Source: Acidobacteriota bacterium
GTDB lineage: Bacteria; Acidobacteriota; UBA890; WLXD01
Assembly: GCA_965248695.1 (NCBI GenBank)
Contig: CBDFKD010000002.1
Span: 2,464,001-2,528,000 of the forward strand
Direction of reading: 5' to 3'
Length of the DNA stretch: 64,000 nucleotides
The notes beneath the pieces were generated by a model. The model saw nothing but the letters and a program-made list of their open reading frames with translations, made no database searches and was not told the DNA's origin. Below are positions 29,152 through 41,033 of this stretch, in pieces. How positions within the stretch are numbered: the stretch's first letter is position 1; each line of letters starts with the position of its first letter. The position numbers were made by a program, and so were the translations under genes.

Positions 29152-29931
29152 GTGCGACGCAGGCTGCTGATATCGAACCTTGTCTTGATCCTCCTCACAG
29201 CCGGCTGTGCGGGTAGCCAGCAGGCTGTGACGCGGCCCGACGAAGCGCCGGCTGGGGCCGGCGACGATCAGTTTCTGTTGACCTACCCCAACCTGGCGAA
29301 GCCTGGCGGCGAGGTGCTGCTCGAGAACGAGCTCGTCGTCGTGCAGCGGTTCGTCGTGGGCCCGGGCGAATGGGAGGGGATCCACTCTCATCCCGGGAAC
29401 CAGGTTTTCGTGCATGTCAAGGGCGGGCAATGGTCCGGCCGCAGCGGAGGAGGCGAGGCTGTCCTCGGCGCCGACCGTGAGGACGGTGCGGTGGGATGGA
29501 TGGCCCCGATCCCCCTCAGCGAGGGGCACGAATCGGGCAACACCGGTGATGCCCCGATCGACTTGATCTGGGTGACGCTGAAGAACGATGCGCCGATTGC
29601 GGCCGCCGACACACAGGTTGTAATGACCTATCCGAACTTGGCGGATCCTGATGGTGAGGTGCTGCTCGAGAACGAGCTCGTCGTCGTGCAGCGGTTTGTC
29701 CTCCGCCCCGGTGAGTGGGAGGGCATCCACTCGCATCCGGGCAACCAGGTGTACATCCACATCAAGGGAGGCATCTGGTCGGGACGCCGCGGCGGCGTGC
29801 AAGGCGATCCGTCGCCGTTCTCGGAGACCGGGTCCGTCGGCTGGTCGAACGCGGTTCCCCTGAGCGCACAGCACGAATCGGGCAACACCGGCAACACCAC
29901 GATCGACCTGATCTGGGTGACGCTCAAGTAA
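29152..29931 (+). CDS. Tandem bi-cupin lipoprotein
   Basis: Lipobox TAGC; two repeats of LLENELVVVQRF..EGIHSHPGNQ..HESGNTG. Confidence 0.8.
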   Translation: MRRRLLISNLVLILLTAGCAGSQQAVTRPDEAPAGAGDDQFLLTYPNLAKPGGEVLLENELVVVQRFVVGPGEWEGIHSHPGNQVFVHVKGGQWSGRSGGGEAVLGADREDGAVGWMAPIPLSEGHESGNTGDAPIDLIWVTLKNDAPIAAADTQVVMTYPNLADPDGEVLLENELVVVQRFVLRPGEWEGIHSHPGNQVYIHIKGGIWSGRRGGVQGDPSPFSETGSVGWSNAVPLSAQHESGNTGNTTIDLIWVTLK

Positions 29932-29947
29932 CGGTTGACGAGCGCCC

Positions 29948-30976
29948 CTACTGTCCCGATCCGCAGGCCGAGCGCTGGAAGCACAGGCCCTCTCCGTCGT
30001 CCGGCACGGTGCCCGTCTTGTCGAGGATACCGTCGAGCCGCAGGTGTGCGATCGAAGGGCCACCCTCCCCAACCGTGACCAGGGTTATGTGGTCGAATGC
30101 CATTGTGCTGTTGGACTGACCACCACCGGTGGTCCCGAGCATGATGTAGTCGCGACCGTTCCTCATGGCATGCGACAGCGTGTGTCGGTGCCCGTTGAAC
30201 AAGGTGTACGGACGATCCGACAGAGCCGCCTCGATCGCTGCGAACTCGGGGTCCTGGCCCTCCACCCAGACCGGCTTGTGCATGAACAGCATCGTCCATC
30301 GAACACCCGGATTGTCGGCCAGGGCAGCACGGAAATAGTCCGACTGTTGCGGACCGATATCCCCGGTCCGACGCTCGGGTATCTGGGAGTACTCCATCTC
30401 CTCGACGCCTCCGGCGCCCTGCGCACGAGCCTCGACTGCTGCCTCGCGAGCCTGGTAGATCTGGTGCATGCGCTCGTCCGTGTAGTCCTCGGTGTCGAGC
30501 ACCAGGAAGAGCACGTTCTTGTAGACGAAGTGGTAGTAACGAGGGCCGTGCCGCTGCGCCCAGACATCACGCATCACCCGGTTTGTGAGGTCGTGGTTTC
30601 CACCGACGCGAAAGACCGGGGCGGATGCCTGGTCGGCGCGAGCGTCGAAGGCATCCCATTCGCTCGTCAGCTTTGCCAGATCTTCGCTGTAGCCGTCGAT
30701 CAGGTCGCCGACGCTGAGGATCAGCTCGGGCCGCAGCAGCGAGAGCTGCCGCACCGCGACCTCGAATATTCGGGCCCTTTCGGAACCGTTGAGATCTGAG
30801 AAGACGGCGAACGTGAACTTTCCATCTTCATCGTCGAACTCCTCGTGCGTCCACGGTGTCGCTGCCGAGGGCAGGTCGTGTTCGAAGTCGTCGGGAGTGG
30901 GGCCGGAGCATCCAGTCGCAACGCAAATGAACGGAAGCGTGCACCGAAGGACCAGCGACAAAGGACGGGGCATCAC
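29948..30976 (-). CDS. Calcineurin-like metallophosphoesterase lipoprotein
   Basis: FSDL, GDLID, GNHD, HKP, GHRH. Confidence 0.88.
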   Translation of the reverse strand: MMPRPLSLVLRCTLPFICVATGCSGPTPDDFEHDLPSAATPWTHEEFDDEDGKFTFAVFSDLNGSERARIFEVAVRQLSLLRPELILSVGDLIDGYSEDLAKLTSEWDAFDARADQASAPVFRVGGNHDLTNRVMRDVWAQRHGPRYYHFVYKNVLFLVLDTEDYTDERMHQIYQAREAAVEARAQGAGGVEEMEYSQIPERRTGDIGPQQSDYFRAALADNPGVRWTMLFMHKPVWVEGQDPEFAAIEAALSDRPYTLFNGHRHTLSHAMRNGRDYIMLGTTGGGQSNSTMAFDHITLVTVGEGGPSIAHLRLDGILDKTGTVPDDGEGLCFQRSACGSGQ

Positions 30977-31150
30977 GGTCGTCTCCTCCCGGTAGGAGCC
31001 AAATGATTTGTAGTCGAGAAACGGTGCCTTCGATGTCGGCTCGTAGCGTTGTTCCGCCGCACTCTGCCAGGATCTCCGCTAAGTTGACAACGCCGTATTC
31101 CAAGCGCTTCGCGCTCGCGCTCGCCCTCGCCGTGATCCAGGAGACTGACC

Positions 31151-34100
31151 ATGCGTCGCGTTCTCGCAGTTGTTGCCGTGTTGCTGTTTTCTTCCGCTGC
31201 CTGGTCGCAACAAGGCCGGCAGGGCTACTACCGTTATCCGACGCTACATGGCGATACGTTGGTATTCGCTGCCGAGGGCGACCTGTGGCAGGTACCCACG
31301 ACCGGCGGGCTGGCGCAGCGGCTGACCACCCACGCGGCCGAAGAGAGCCACCCGACGATATCGCCGGACGGCCGCACGCTGGCCTATCGCGGCAACTACG
31401 AAGGCGTGGCCGAGGTGTACACGATGCCGTTGGCGGGCGGGCTGCCGCAGCGGCAGACCTATGAGGCTGATCCCTCGACGCCCGTCGGATGGACGCCGTC
31501 CGGCGAGCTCGTGTACACCACCGCCAGCTACTCGACGTTGCCCAAGCGTCAGCTGGTCGAGCTCGACATGGACGCCAACACGCGCAGCGTCGTGCCGCTG
31601 GCTGATGCGAGCGAGGCTGCCTACGGCGACGATGGCTCGACGGTCTTCTTCGTCCGCCCGGCCTTCCACGGCAACGTCACCAAGCGCTACACGGGCGGAA
31701 CCGCGCGCAAGATCTGGAAGTACGCCTCGGGTTCGGCCGAGGCTGAACCGCTCACCGCCGACTACGACGGCGAGAGCCACACGCCGATGTGGTGGAACGA
31801 CCGGGTGTACTTTGTGACTCCTCGCGACGGCACGATGAACATCTGGTCGATGAACCAATCGGGCGACGATTTCCAGCAGCACACGCAGCACAGCGGCTGG
31901 GACGTGAAGGAAGCGTCGCTCTCCGAAGGGCATATTGCCTACCAGGTCGGTGCCGATATCTGGACTTTCGTTATCGCCGCGGACTCGTATGCGTTGGTGC
32001 CGATCAGCCTCGCTTCCGACTTCGATCAGTTGCGCGAGAAGTGGGTCGCGGAGCCGATGGACTACCTGACCTCGGCGCACATTCACCCCGACGGCGAGAG
32101 CGTCGTGCTGACCTCGCGCGGCCGTGTGTTCGTGGCACCTACCGGCTCGGGTCGGCTCGTTCGGGCCTCGCGCCGGGAGGGCGTGCGCTATCGCGACGTC
32201 GTGTTCATGCCCGATGGCGACACACTGCTCGGGCTGACGGACACCAGCGGCGAGCTCGAATTCGCCACCATCCCGGCCAACGGGGTGGGCGATGAGACGC
32301 CGATCACCGACGACGGTACGGTGCTGCGCTTCCAGGGCACCCCGTCGCCGGATGGCTCCCGGGTCGCGTATCGCGACAACAACAACGATCTGTGGCTGCT
32401 CGAGGTGGGTACCGGCCAGCAGCGCCTGGTGTCGACCAACCGCGAAGAGATCCGCGACGTCGCCTGGTCACCCGACAGTGGTTGGCTGACCTACGGGCAA
32501 GTTGCGATGAATACGTACGCGCAGCTGTGGCTGTACGAGGTGGCAACCGGGACACGGATTCCGCTCACTTCGGACCGTGTCAACAGCTTCAGCCCGGCCT
32601 TCAGTCCCGACGGGGACTGGCTGTACTTTCTGTCGGACCGCAACCTGCGCACGTCGGTCGGCAGCCCGTGGGGGCCGCGTGCTCCCGAGCCGTACTTCGA
32701 CCACACGATGAAGATCTACCAGATCTCCCTGCGCGCCGGCCTGCGCTCGCCGTTCACACCAGATGACGAAATCAGCCGTGCGCTCGAGACGCCCAAGGAC
32801 TCGGCGGCGGCGGACTCGTCAGACGGCGACGACGTTGAGGACTCGAGTGACCGGACCATGACCGTCGACCTCGCCGGCATCGCGCGGCGCGTCAAGGAGG
32901 TGCCGGTCGAGCCCGGCAACTATTCGGGTCTGTCGGTGAACGAAGACGCTTTGTTCTGGCGGGCAGGTGAGACCGGCGGATCCGCTGGACATCTGATGGG
33001 CATGGCCGTCGGCAACGACGACCCTGAGCCCGAGCAGGTTCTCGAGGGAATCAGCAGCTATGAGATGTCGGCCAGCGGCGAGAAGCTGATGGTGCGGCGC
33101 GGTAGCGATATCTACGTCATCGATGCCGAGCCCAGCAGTGTGGGTAGCACCCTTGCCGACAGCCAGGTGGACCTCGGCGGGTGGACGTTCTCGATCGATG
33201 TCGCGGCCGACTGGCGGCAGATCTTCGTCGATGCGTGGCGTCTCGAACGCGACTATTTCTACGACCCGGGCATGCACGGGCTCGCTTGGGACGTGGTGTT
33301 GGAGAAATATCTCGAGCTCGTCGGCCGCGTCACTACTCGCGATGAGCTGAACCAGCTGATCGGCCGCGTAATCGGCGAGCTGTCGGCGTTGCACACCAGC
33401 GTTCGTGGCGGCGACACTCGCGAGGGCGAGGACGACGTCGCGGTCGCCAGCCTCGGCGCTCGCCTGGTCCGCGACCCCGGCGCCGGGGGCTACCGCATCG
33501 ACCACATCTATCAGGGTGACCCGGACTACCCTGATGAGTTGTCGCCCCTGGCGGCTCCCGAGCTGGGCATTGACGACGGCGACGTCATCGAAGCCGTCAA
33601 CGGCGTCGCCACGCTGTCCGTAGGCCACATCGGCGCGTTGCTCCGCAATCAGCAGGGTCGGCAGGTGTTGCTGCATGTCCGATCCGGGCCCGGCGGAGAT
33701 GGCCGCAATGTCATCGTCGTGCCCGCCGCCAACGAGCGCAACCTGCGCTACAGCGACTGGGAGTACACGCGGCGGTTGGAGGTCGAGGACGCGGCCGCCG
33801 GCCAGATCGGCTACGTCCATCTGCGCGCCATGGGATCCAACGACATCAACGCCTGGTATCGACAGTTCTACCCGGTTCACGATCGGCCGGGCTTGATCGT
33901 CGACGTGCGCGAGAACAACGGCGGCAACATCGACAGCGTCATCCTCGAGAAGCTGATGCGACCGGCCTGGTTTTACTGGAAGGGTCGAGTCGGTCGACCG
34001 ACCTGGAACATGCAGTACGCCTTCCGCGGGCACATGGTGGTGCTGGTGGATGAGAACACCGCCTCCGACGGTGAGGCTTTTGCCGAGGGATTCCGTCGCC

Positions 34101-34429
34101 TGGGAATGGGCCCGGTAATCGGCACGCGCACATGGGGCGGTGAGATCTGGCTGTCGTCGTCGAATCGACTCAGCGACGGCGGGCTGGCCCGAGCCCCGAT
34201 GGACGGCGTGTACGGCCCCGAGGGCGAGTGGCTGATCGAGCAGTGGGGCGTGGTGCCCGACATCGAGGTGATCAACCTGCCGCACGCCACTTTCAACGGT
34301 GAGGATGCCCAGCTCGACACCGCCGTCGAGTACCTGCTGCAGAAGATCGCCGAGGATCCGCGCGCGATTCCGACAGCGCCCGACTATCCGGATTTGAGCT
34401 TCGCGTACCCTCGCAATCAACAGCAGTAG
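31151..34429 (+). CDS. Tricorn-like S41 protease
   Basis: Propellers, PDZ, GYVHL, DVRENNGGN, ASDGE, GTRTWGG. Confidence 0.95.
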   Translation: MRRVLAVVAVLLFSSAAWSQQGRQGYYRYPTLHGDTLVFAAEGDLWQVPTTGGLAQRLTTHAAEESHPTISPDGRTLAYRGNYEGVAEVYTMPLAGGLPQRQTYEADPSTPVGWTPSGELVYTTASYSTLPKRQLVELDMDANTRSVVPLADASEAAYGDDGSTVFFVRPAFHGNVTKRYTGGTARKIWKYASGSAEAEPLTADYDGESHTPMWWNDRVYFVTPRDGTMNIWSMNQSGDDFQQHTQHSGWDVKEASLSEGHIAYQVGADIWTFVIAADSYALVPISLASDFDQLREKWVAEPMDYLTSAHIHPDGESVVLTSRGRVFVAPTGSGRLVRASRREGVRYRDVVFMPDGDTLLGLTDTSGELEFATIPANGVGDETPITDDGTVLRFQGTPSPDGSRVAYRDNNNDLWLLEVGTGQQRLVSTNREEIRDVAWSPDSGWLTYGQVAMNTYAQLWLYEVATGTRIPLTSDRVNSFSPAFSPDGDWLYFLSDRNLRTSVGSPWGPRAPEPYFDHTMKIYQISLRAGLRSPFTPDDEISRALETPKDSAAADSSDGDDVEDSSDRTMTVDLAGIARRVKEVPVEPGNYSGLSVNEDALFWRAGETGGSAGHLMGMAVGNDDPEPEQVLEGISSYEMSASGEKLMVRRGSDIYVIDAEPSSVGSTLADSQVDLGGWTFSIDVAADWRQIFVDAWRLERDYFYDPGMHGLAWDVVLEKYLELVGRVTTRDELNQLIGRVIGELSALHTSVRGGDTREGEDDVAVASLGARLVRDPGAGGYRIDHIYQGDPDYPDELSPLAAPELGIDDGDVIEAVNGVATLSVGHIGALLRNQQGRQVLLHVRSGPGGDGRNVIVVPAANERNLRYSDWEYTRRLEVEDAAAGQIGYVHLRAMGSNDINAWYRQFYPVHDRPGLIVDVRENNGGNIDSVILEKLMRPAWFYWKGRVGRPTWNMQYAFRGHMVVLVDENTASDGEAFAEGFRRLGMGPVIGTRTWGGEIWLSSSNRLSDGGLARAPMDGVYGPEGEWLIEQWGVVPDIEVINLPHATFNGEDAQLDTAVEYLLQKIAEDPRAIPTAPDYPDLSFAYPRNQQQ

Positions 34430-34579
34430 CGATAGCGAGCACCTTCGCTCGAGGGTGCCGGATCACCGAGAGTCCAAAGAGCGCCACGGCAGTGAGAGCC
34501 GTGACGTACAGTATCGGGCGGAAGCCGGCCTCGCCGTTTCGCTCAGAGTGCGCTAGTCAAGGCAGAAGCAGAGAACCTT

Positions 34580-36667
34580 GTGAACACCACTCGCCTTGAT
34601 GCGCTGTTTAATCCCAGGGCCGTCGCAATCGTGGGCGCGAGCGAACGCGCCAGCTCCTGGACGCTCGAGATCTACAACAATCTCGAGAGCCTCGGATTCC
34701 GGGGCGAGATCTTTCCGGTCAACCCCAGGCGGCCGTGCGTTTGGGGCCGGGACGCCTACGAGGGCCTCGAGCAGATTCGCGACCAAGTCGATATCGCGAT
34801 CATCGCGATTCCCGCCACCGCGGCGGTCGACGCCGTAGCAGCGTGCGGCGCGGCTGGTATCCCGGCGGCAATGGTCGTTTCCAGCGGCTTCCGAGACGCA
34901 GGGAGCGAAGGCGCCAAGATCCAGGACGCGCTCGTCGCAGTCGCCAAGGCGAACAACGTCGCCGTGCTGGGACCCAACGTCGAGGGCTTCATCAACTATC
35001 GCGATCGTGTGGCGGGCTACGGGGCCGAGATGCCTCCCACCTCCAGCGTCGGCTCGATCTCGATGTTCTCCCAGAGCGGCACCGCGGCATGGACGTTCGC
35101 GCACATGGCAGGCGATCGCGGTGTCGGCCTGCGATTGGTCACAGGGGTCGGCGTTGAGGCCATCCTCGACATCGGAGACATGCTCCAGTGGGCAGCAACC
35201 GACGAGGCGACCTCCGTCGTAGCGTGTTACGTCGAGACGATTCGTGACGTCTCCAGTCTGGGCGGCGGTCTCGACGCCATGGCGCAAGCGGGCAAGCCCG
35301 TGGTGGTGTGCTGCCCGCGCGTGGTGGCTGACGCCGCGCGGCGGTCGGTGATTGCACACACGGGAGAGTTGCTGGGCGATACGACACTGCGCGACGCCTT
35401 CCTGCGTCGGCGCGGAGCAGTGGTGGTTCACGACCCCATCGCCCTTTTTGAGACTGCCCTCCTGATCGAGCGTTCCCCAGCACGCGTTCGTGGCACGGTC
35501 GCCGTGGCCATGCAGTCTGGCGGAAACTGCACACTCTTCGCCGATGCGCTCGACGAGTGCGAGGTCACCCTCGGTGAATTCAGCCGGAAGACAACGATCG
35601 CGCTGCAGGAGATTCTGCCGGACTTCGCCGAGCCCCGGAATCCGCTCGACGTAACCGGCCAGGCGGTCTTCGAGGGCGAGATCTACTGCGGCGCGATCGA
35701 TGCGTTGGCAGCGGACCCCGAAGTCGGCATCGTAGTGATCGACGTCGCGCCCAGTCGCCGCGATCCGGACGGCTCCCCGCTCAACGTGATCCTGAAGCAC
35801 GCGGGAGAGGTGCAGCGTTCGAGTGGCAAACCTGTCATCTCAGTGCTCGCAACCCCGTTCTCGTATCCCCCGCGCACGGCGGCGCTGCTAGCAGAACAAG
35901 GGGTAACCGTGCTTCAAGGCCACGCCGCGTCCGCCAACGCCATCGCTGGCTTGATAAGCAGTTCTCGACAGACGCCACCCATCTCCGGCCGCAGCGTCGA
36001 CAGGCCCGACATCTCGATCCCCTCGGGGGTCCTCGATGAGACAGAAAGCGCCCGCATCTTCGCCGCATACGACATCGAGCGGCCCCACGAGTTGGTCGCG
36101 CATACTGCCGAACAGGCGGCGGATCGCGCCGAGCAGATCGGCGGCCGTGTGGTGGTGAAGCTCGTCTGTGCCGAGGTGGCACACAAGGCGCGCGAGGGTC
36201 TGGTAAAGCTGCGGCTCGAGTCACCCTCGGAAGTCATGGTGGCGGCCCAAGAAGTGCTTGATCGCGCTCGGGAGCTCGGCACCGGTGGCAGTCTGCTTGT
36301 TCAGCAACAAGTCCCGGCAGGGCCGGAGTTCTTGCTCGGCGTGACCGTGGATCCCGCCTACGGGCCGGCGATAACGGTTCGACCCGGGGGCGTCGACGTC
36401 TCCGGTGTTTCGAAGTTCCGCATGCTTCCTCTGTGCCAGGGCGAGGCGGAGGACGTCGCTGCCGAGGCGTCGTCTCAGGCTACAGCCAAACTGTCGAATT
36501 CGGAGCTGCGAGCGCTGGCTGGGGCTGTGGATCGCTTCTCGTGGATCGGAATTGATCTCGCGGATCGGCTGCTCGAAATCGAGGCCAATCCGGTCATCAT
36601 CACGGATGGTCGCGCCGTCGCTGTGGACGCTCTGGCCGTCATGAAGGAAGAAAAAGGAGAGGACTGA
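34580..36667 (+). CDS. ADP-forming acyl-CoA ligase (CoA-binding plus ATP-grasp)
   Basis: [34 protein letters not shown]. Confidence 0.88.
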   Translation: MNTTRLDALFNPRAVAIVGASERASSWTLEIYNNLESLGFRGEIFPVNPRRPCVWGRDAYEGLEQIRDQVDIAIIAIPATAAVDAVAACGAAGIPAAMVVSSGFRDAGSEGAKIQDALVAVAKANNVAVLGPNVEGFINYRDRVAGYGAEMPPTSSVGSISMFSQSGTAAWTFAHMAGDRGVGLRLVTGVGVEAILDIGDMLQWAATDEATSVVACYVETIRDVSSLGGGLDAMAQAGKPVVVCCPRVVADAARRSVIAHTGELLGDTTLRDAFLRRRGAVVVHDPIALFETALLIERSPARVRGTVAVAMQSGGNCTLFADALDECEVTLGEFSRKTTIALQEILPDFAEPRNPLDVTGQAVFEGEIYCGAIDALAADPEVGIVVIDVAPSRRDPDGSPLNVILKHAGEVQRSSGKPVISVLATPFSYPPRTAALLAEQGVTVLQGHAASANAIAGLISSSRQTPPISGRSVDRPDISIPSGVLDETESARIFAAYDIERPHELVAHTAEQAADRAEQIGGRVVVKLVCAEVAHKAREGLVKLRLESPSEVMVAAQEVLDRARELGTGGSLLVQQQVPAGPEFLLGVTVDPAYGPAITVRPGGVDVSGVSKFRMLPLCQGEAEDVAAEASSQATAKLSNSELRALAGAVDRFSWIGIDLADRLLEIEANPVIITDGRAVAVDALAVMKEEKGED

Positions 36668-37053
36668 TGTCGAAAGAGGCAGCGCTGCGCGTGCGTATGT
36701 CGGCCCGCGATGCCCACTACGGTGGAGCCCTGGTGGCCGGCGCCAAGATGCTCGAGCTCTTCGGCGATCTGATCACCGAGCTCGCCATCCAACAGGACGG
36801 CGACGAGGGCCTGTTTCGCAGCTACGATGAAGTGGAGTTCCTCGCCCCCGTCTACAGTGGCGACTTTATCGAGGCCAAGGGCCGCATCATCAAGGTCGGC
36901 AACACCTCGCGACGTTGTGAATTCGAGGCCCACAAGGTCATCGCCGTGCGACAGGACGTAAGTGATTCTGCCGCGGATGTGCTGCAGGAACCTGTCCTCG
37001 TGTGTCGGGCCATAGGCACGACAGTGGTTCCCAAGAGCAAGAAGCGCCTCTAG
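36667..37053 (+). CDS. kal: 3-aminobutyryl-CoA ammonia-lyase-like hotdog protein
   Basis: [32 protein letters not shown]. Confidence 0.85.
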   Translation: MSKEAALRVRMSARDAHYGGALVAGAKMLELFGDLITELAIQQDGDEGLFRSYDEVEFLAPVYSGDFIEAKGRIIKVGNTSRRCEFEAHKVIAVRQDVSDSAADVLQEPVLVCRAIGTTVVPKSKKRL

Positions 37054-37057
37054 AGGC

Positions 37058-37080
37058 CAGTGGCCTGCAACAGGCCACTG
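37058..37080. terminator. 10-bp perfect hairpin after kal-like gene (no U-tract)
   Basis: cagtggcctg-caa-caggccactg. Confidence 0.4.
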
Positions 37081-37125
37081 AGCCACACGCACGCATCGCT
37101 AGCCGCAACCTCGAGTCTCCGCTAG

Positions 37126-37143
37126 TATGCGCATATGCGCATA
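37126..37143. promoter_or_regulatory. 18-bp perfect palindrome upstream of argG, candidate operator
   Basis: tatgcgcatatgcgcata. Confidence 0.5.
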
Positions 37144-37207
37144 TTTATGGTCCGCAACCGGTGGCGGCGGCTGACCCGCACACTCGAATCGATGCTGGAG
37201 ACTTGAA

Positions 37208-38413
37208 ATGAAGGTCGTGCTGGCCTATTCGGGAGGACTCGACACGTCGGTCATCCTGCGCTGGATTCAAGAGAACTATGACGGTGAGGTAATCGCCTAC
37301 ACGGGAGATGTCGGCCAAGGGCGCGAAGAGGTGGACAATGCGCGCCTGGCGGCGGAGCGCACCGGAGCGGCGGCCATCGAGATCGACGATCTGCGCGAGG
37401 AGTTCGTCACCGACTGCGTCTTTCCAGCGCTACGCGCCAACGCTGTCTACGAGTCGTACTACCTCATGGGAACTGCGCTGGCGAGGCCTGTGATCAGCCG
37501 GGGGCTAGTACGCGCGGCCGAGAAGCACGGCGCCGAGGCTATCGCGCACGGGGCCACCGGCAAGGGCAATGACCAGATCCGTTTCGAGATGGCCGCCTAC
37601 GCCCTGAAGCCCGACATCAAGATCATCGCTCCATGGCGCGAATGGAGCCTCAAGGGGCGCGCCGACCTGATCGACTACGCACGAGAACATGGCATCGACC
37701 TGTCGGCGGTGTCGAAGCCTGAATACTCGATGGACGCCAACCTCATGCACGTCTCCTATGAGGGTGGTGTGCTCGAGGACCCGTGGGCAGGCCCTCCCCC
37801 CGGCATGTTTCGCATGACGGCAGATCCCGAGGATGCCCCGGACGATCCCGAGTACGTCGAAGTGTCCTTCCAAGAAGGAGTGCCCATCGCCATCAACGGC
37901 GAGAGCCTCTCACCGGTGCCTCTGCTCGAGCGAGCCAACGAGATCGCCGGACGCCACGGCGTAGGCCGGGTGGACATCGTCGAAAACCGTTTTCTGGGCA
38001 TGAAGAGCCGTGGCGTGTATGAAACGCCCGGCATCACGCTGCTGATACACGCCCATCGCGCCATCGAGTCGATCACGCTTGACCGCGAGGTGCACCACCT
38101 GCGTGACGAGCTCGTGCCGCGTTACGCCGAGATGGTTTACAACGGCCTCTGGTTCAGCCCCGAGCGCGAAGCGCTGCAGCAATTCATGGACTCGGTGCAG
38201 GAGCGCGTGACCGGCGACGCACGCCTGAAGCTGTACAAGGGCGCCGCCACAATCGTCGGGCGGCGATCGGCAACACGGACGCTCTATGACCACGCAACCG
38301 TGACCTTCGAGGCCGACGACGTCTACGACCAGGGCGATGCGACGGGCTTCATCCGGCTGCGCGCGCTGCGATTGCGCACCCTGGGCGCGCGGCGGATCTC
38401 GGAAGGCGAATGA
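37208..38413 (+). CDS. argG: Argininosuccinate synthase
   Basis: [30 protein letters not shown]. Confidence 0.98.
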   Translation: MKVVLAYSGGLDTSVILRWIQENYDGEVIAYTGDVGQGREEVDNARLAAERTGAAAIEIDDLREEFVTDCVFPALRANAVYESYYLMGTALARPVISRGLVRAAEKHGAEAIAHGATGKGNDQIRFEMAAYALKPDIKIIAPWREWSLKGRADLIDYAREHGIDLSAVSKPEYSMDANLMHVSYEGGVLEDPWAGPPPGMFRMTADPEDAPDDPEYVEVSFQEGVPIAINGESLSPVPLLERANEIAGRHGVGRVDIVENRFLGMKSRGVYETPGITLLIHAHRAIESITLDREVHHLRDELVPRYAEMVYNGLWFSPEREALQQFMDSVQERVTGDARLKLYKGAATIVGRRSATRTLYDHATVTFEADDVYDQGDATGFIRLRALRLRTLGARRISEGE

Positions 38414-39792
38414 TGTCTCTGCTCAGGGATCGTTTCGACGGACGGCTCGGCGAGCTCATGCAGCGCTTCTCGTCATCACTGCAGCTCGATCTGCAGATGC
38501 TCGACGAGGACATACAGGGCTCGACGGCGCATGCGCAGATGCTTGGCGAGACCGGCATCATCTCGAAACTGGAATCTACAGCCCTGTGCGACGGGCTGGC
38601 ACGAGTGCGCGAAGACCTTGCATCCGGGGCCTGGGTGCCGGGCGATGAATTCGAGGACGTGCACATGGCGGTCGAGGCGCGTCTGTCGGAGATCCTCGGT
38701 GAGGTCGCAGGCAAGCTACATACGGCTCGTTCGCGCAACGATCAGGTGGCCACCGACCTGCGCCTGTGGCTAAAGACGCGTCTGCGACGACTCGATGGCG
38801 CGCTGATCAACCTGCTGCGCGTGCTCCTGGATCGGGTCGAGAGCGACGGCTCCACGCTTCTGCCCGGCTACACCCACCTGCAGCGAGGTCAACCGATCCT
38901 GTTCGGCCATCATCTGCTGGCCTACGCATGGCCCTTGTCACGCGACCTCGGCAGAGTACGCGATGCGTCGCATCGATTCGACGAGTGTCCGTTGGGAGCG
39001 TGCGCCATGGCGGGCACCTCCTTCCCGATCGACCGGCATCGCACCGCCGAGCTGCTCGGCTTCAGATTGCCCACAGAAAATGCGATGGATTCGGTGGCGG
39101 CGCGTGATCATGTTCAGGAGGTTGCCGCGGCGTGTTCGATCCTGTCCTGCAACCTCTCGCGCATGGCCGAGGAGCTCGTCCTCTGGAGCTCGACCGAGTT
39201 TGCTCTCGTACGCCTCAGCGATACCTATTCCACCGGATCGAGCATCATGCCGCAGAAGCGCAATCCCGACGCTGCCGAGCTCGTTCGCGGCAAATCGGCA
39301 TCGGTTCTCGGCTACTGCACGACTCTGCTTGCCCTGCCCCGTTCTCAACCCTTGGCGTACAACCGCGACTTGCAACAGGACCGTGGGGCGCTGTTCGCGG
39401 TCGTCGACACGACCATCGACTGCGTCCTCGTCATGACGGAAGTGTGGCGAGACCTCTCGATCGCCAGTGAGCGCTACGAAGCCGACCTCATCGGCGACCC
39501 CTGCCTGGCGACCGAGGTCGCCGACGACCTCACCCGCGGCGGTCTGCCGTTCCGTACCGCGCACAGCATCGCCGCGCGGTTGGTCCGCCGCTGCGAGAGT
39601 CAGGGCTGCGGGCTCGACGGCTTGGCCGAAGATGAGCTCGAAGCCGTCCACGCGGGGCTCGCCGAGGTGGTGTCTCGCGTCGGCTCACCACGCGATGCGG
39701 CGGAACGGCGCCGGTCACACGGCGGCTCGTCGTCGTCAGAGATAGCGCGGCAGGTCGATGTCCTGCGCAAGTTAGCCAGCGAAGGCTCCTGA
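38410..39792 (+). CDS. argH: Argininosuccinate lyase
   Basis: [28 protein letters not shown]. Confidence 0.97.
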   Translation: MMSLLRDRFDGRLGELMQRFSSSLQLDLQMLDEDIQGSTAHAQMLGETGIISKLESTALCDGLARVREDLASGAWVPGDEFEDVHMAVEARLSEILGEVAGKLHTARSRNDQVATDLRLWLKTRLRRLDGALINLLRVLLDRVESDGSTLLPGYTHLQRGQPILFGHHLLAYAWPLSRDLGRVRDASHRFDECPLGACAMAGTSFPIDRHRTAELLGFRLPTENAMDSVAARDHVQEVAAACSILSCNLSRMAEELVLWSSTEFALVRLSDTYSTGSSIMPQKRNPDAAELVRGKSASVLGYCTTLLALPRSQPLAYNRDLQQDRGALFAVVDTTIDCVLVMTEVWRDLSIASERYEADLIGDPCLATEVADDLTRGGLPFRTAHSIAARLVRRCESQGCGLDGLAEDELEAVHAGLAEVVSRVGSPRDAAERRRSHGGSSSSEIARQVDVLRKLASEGS

Positions 39793-39798
39793 GTCGGG

Positions 39799-40917
39799 TC
39801 AGATCTCCAGCTGGCGGTCGCGGGCGGCGACGTTCCACCGGCCGACAATCTCTCCTCCGGCGATGACCGTCGCGTGTGCGTGCAGCGCCGACGTAGGGCA
39901 AATGTGGTTCGGTATGGCCAGCAGCTCGTCACCCGGTTCGAACTTGGCAGCGGACGCCGTTTCCAGAACGAGGTGCTCCTCGTCCTGCAGCACTTCTCTG
40001 GCGTCGGGCAGGTCGGGGAAACAGAGCCGGGTACCGGCCGGCGGATCGGAAGCAACCGCCTTGTATCCCACGTCGAGGGTCATGCGATCGGCCATCGATC
40101 GGCTGACGACGCGGGTCAGGAGCGCCGCCGCCGGCGTGAACTCGAGATCGGGAAACGCCTCGCCGTAGCCGATGTCGTTGAACACACAGGTGCCGGGGCT
40201 ACACTGGATCATCGAATCCTCGATCGAGGCGAACACCGGAAACGAACCCGTTCCGCCGGCGACGATTCGCGGCACCGGCCAGCCCCGCTTCACTACCTCG
40301 TCGCGAAGCGCAGCGACCGGCTTCCAACCAGCGAGCACCGCCGATCGACGTTCCGCCAGGGACGTCTGGTGGTTGTGTCCGTCGTACAGATGTATCCCTC
40401 CGGATGTAAGCCCCGGTGTCTCAACGATCTGCCGGTAGAGCTCAAGTGCCTGGTCGCTTTCCGCCGGAAGCCCGGTGCGGTGCTGTCCTGAGTCGATGTC
40501 CAGCAGCACTTCGACCGACTGCCCGGCCCGCTGCATGGCTGTCCCCAGCGCGGCGATCGGCTTCGGGTGATCGGCAGTGACCGAGAACGTGACATCGGGA
40601 AACGTGGCGCAAAAGGCGACCGCGCGAGCGATATTGGGGCCGACGAGACCGTAGGCGAGAAAGACATCCTTCACGCCGCAGCGGGCGAGCAGCTCGGCCT
40701 CGGCAAACGTCGCCGCCTTGTGTCGCGCGATGCCGCGAGCGAGTTGCATCGCGATCACCTCGCCCATCTTGTGCGTCTTGCAGTGCGGCCGTAGCCGGTC
40801 TGCTGAACCGGCAATCCGGATCATCCGGTCGAGGTTTTCTTCGAGAATCTCGCGAAAGACAATCAGCGCCGGCGTGAGAATCTGGCTCGGGTCTTTGATT
40901 TCGTAGCGGGATTCCAT
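39799..40917 (-). CDS. D-threonine aldolase-family PLP enzyme
   Basis: RPHCKTHK, YDGH, EEHL, PNHICPT. Confidence 0.9.
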   Translation of the reverse strand: MESRYEIKDPSQILTPALIVFREILEENLDRMIRIAGSADRLRPHCKTHKMGEVIAMQLARGIARHKAATFAEAELLARCGVKDVFLAYGLVGPNIARAVAFCATFPDVTFSVTADHPKPIAALGTAMQRAGQSVEVLLDIDSGQHRTGLPAESDQALELYRQIVETPGLTSGGIHLYDGHNHQTSLAERRSAVLAGWKPVAALRDEVVKRGWPVPRIVAGGTGSFPVFASIEDSMIQCSPGTCVFNDIGYGEAFPDLEFTPAAALLTRVVSRSMADRMTLDVGYKAVASDPPAGTRLCFPDLPDAREVLQDEEHLVLETASAAKFEPGDELLAIPNHICPTSALHAHATVIAGGEIVGRWNVAARDRQLEI

Positions 40918-41033
40918 CTGGTGTAGCCGACGCTCTCTCTTCTGGATCTGGCCGCCGGACTACTCTACGGTGTTTCACCACCCTGCATGCTGGGCGGCGG
41001 GGTGGCGGCATAGGCAGCGAACGAGGACCGATC

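Noticed and set aside
32819-34420. Long antisense ORFs (also 619-1119, 23722-25026, 50291-52405, 56739-57860)
   Set aside because: Shadow frames of well-supported genes in GC-rich DNA
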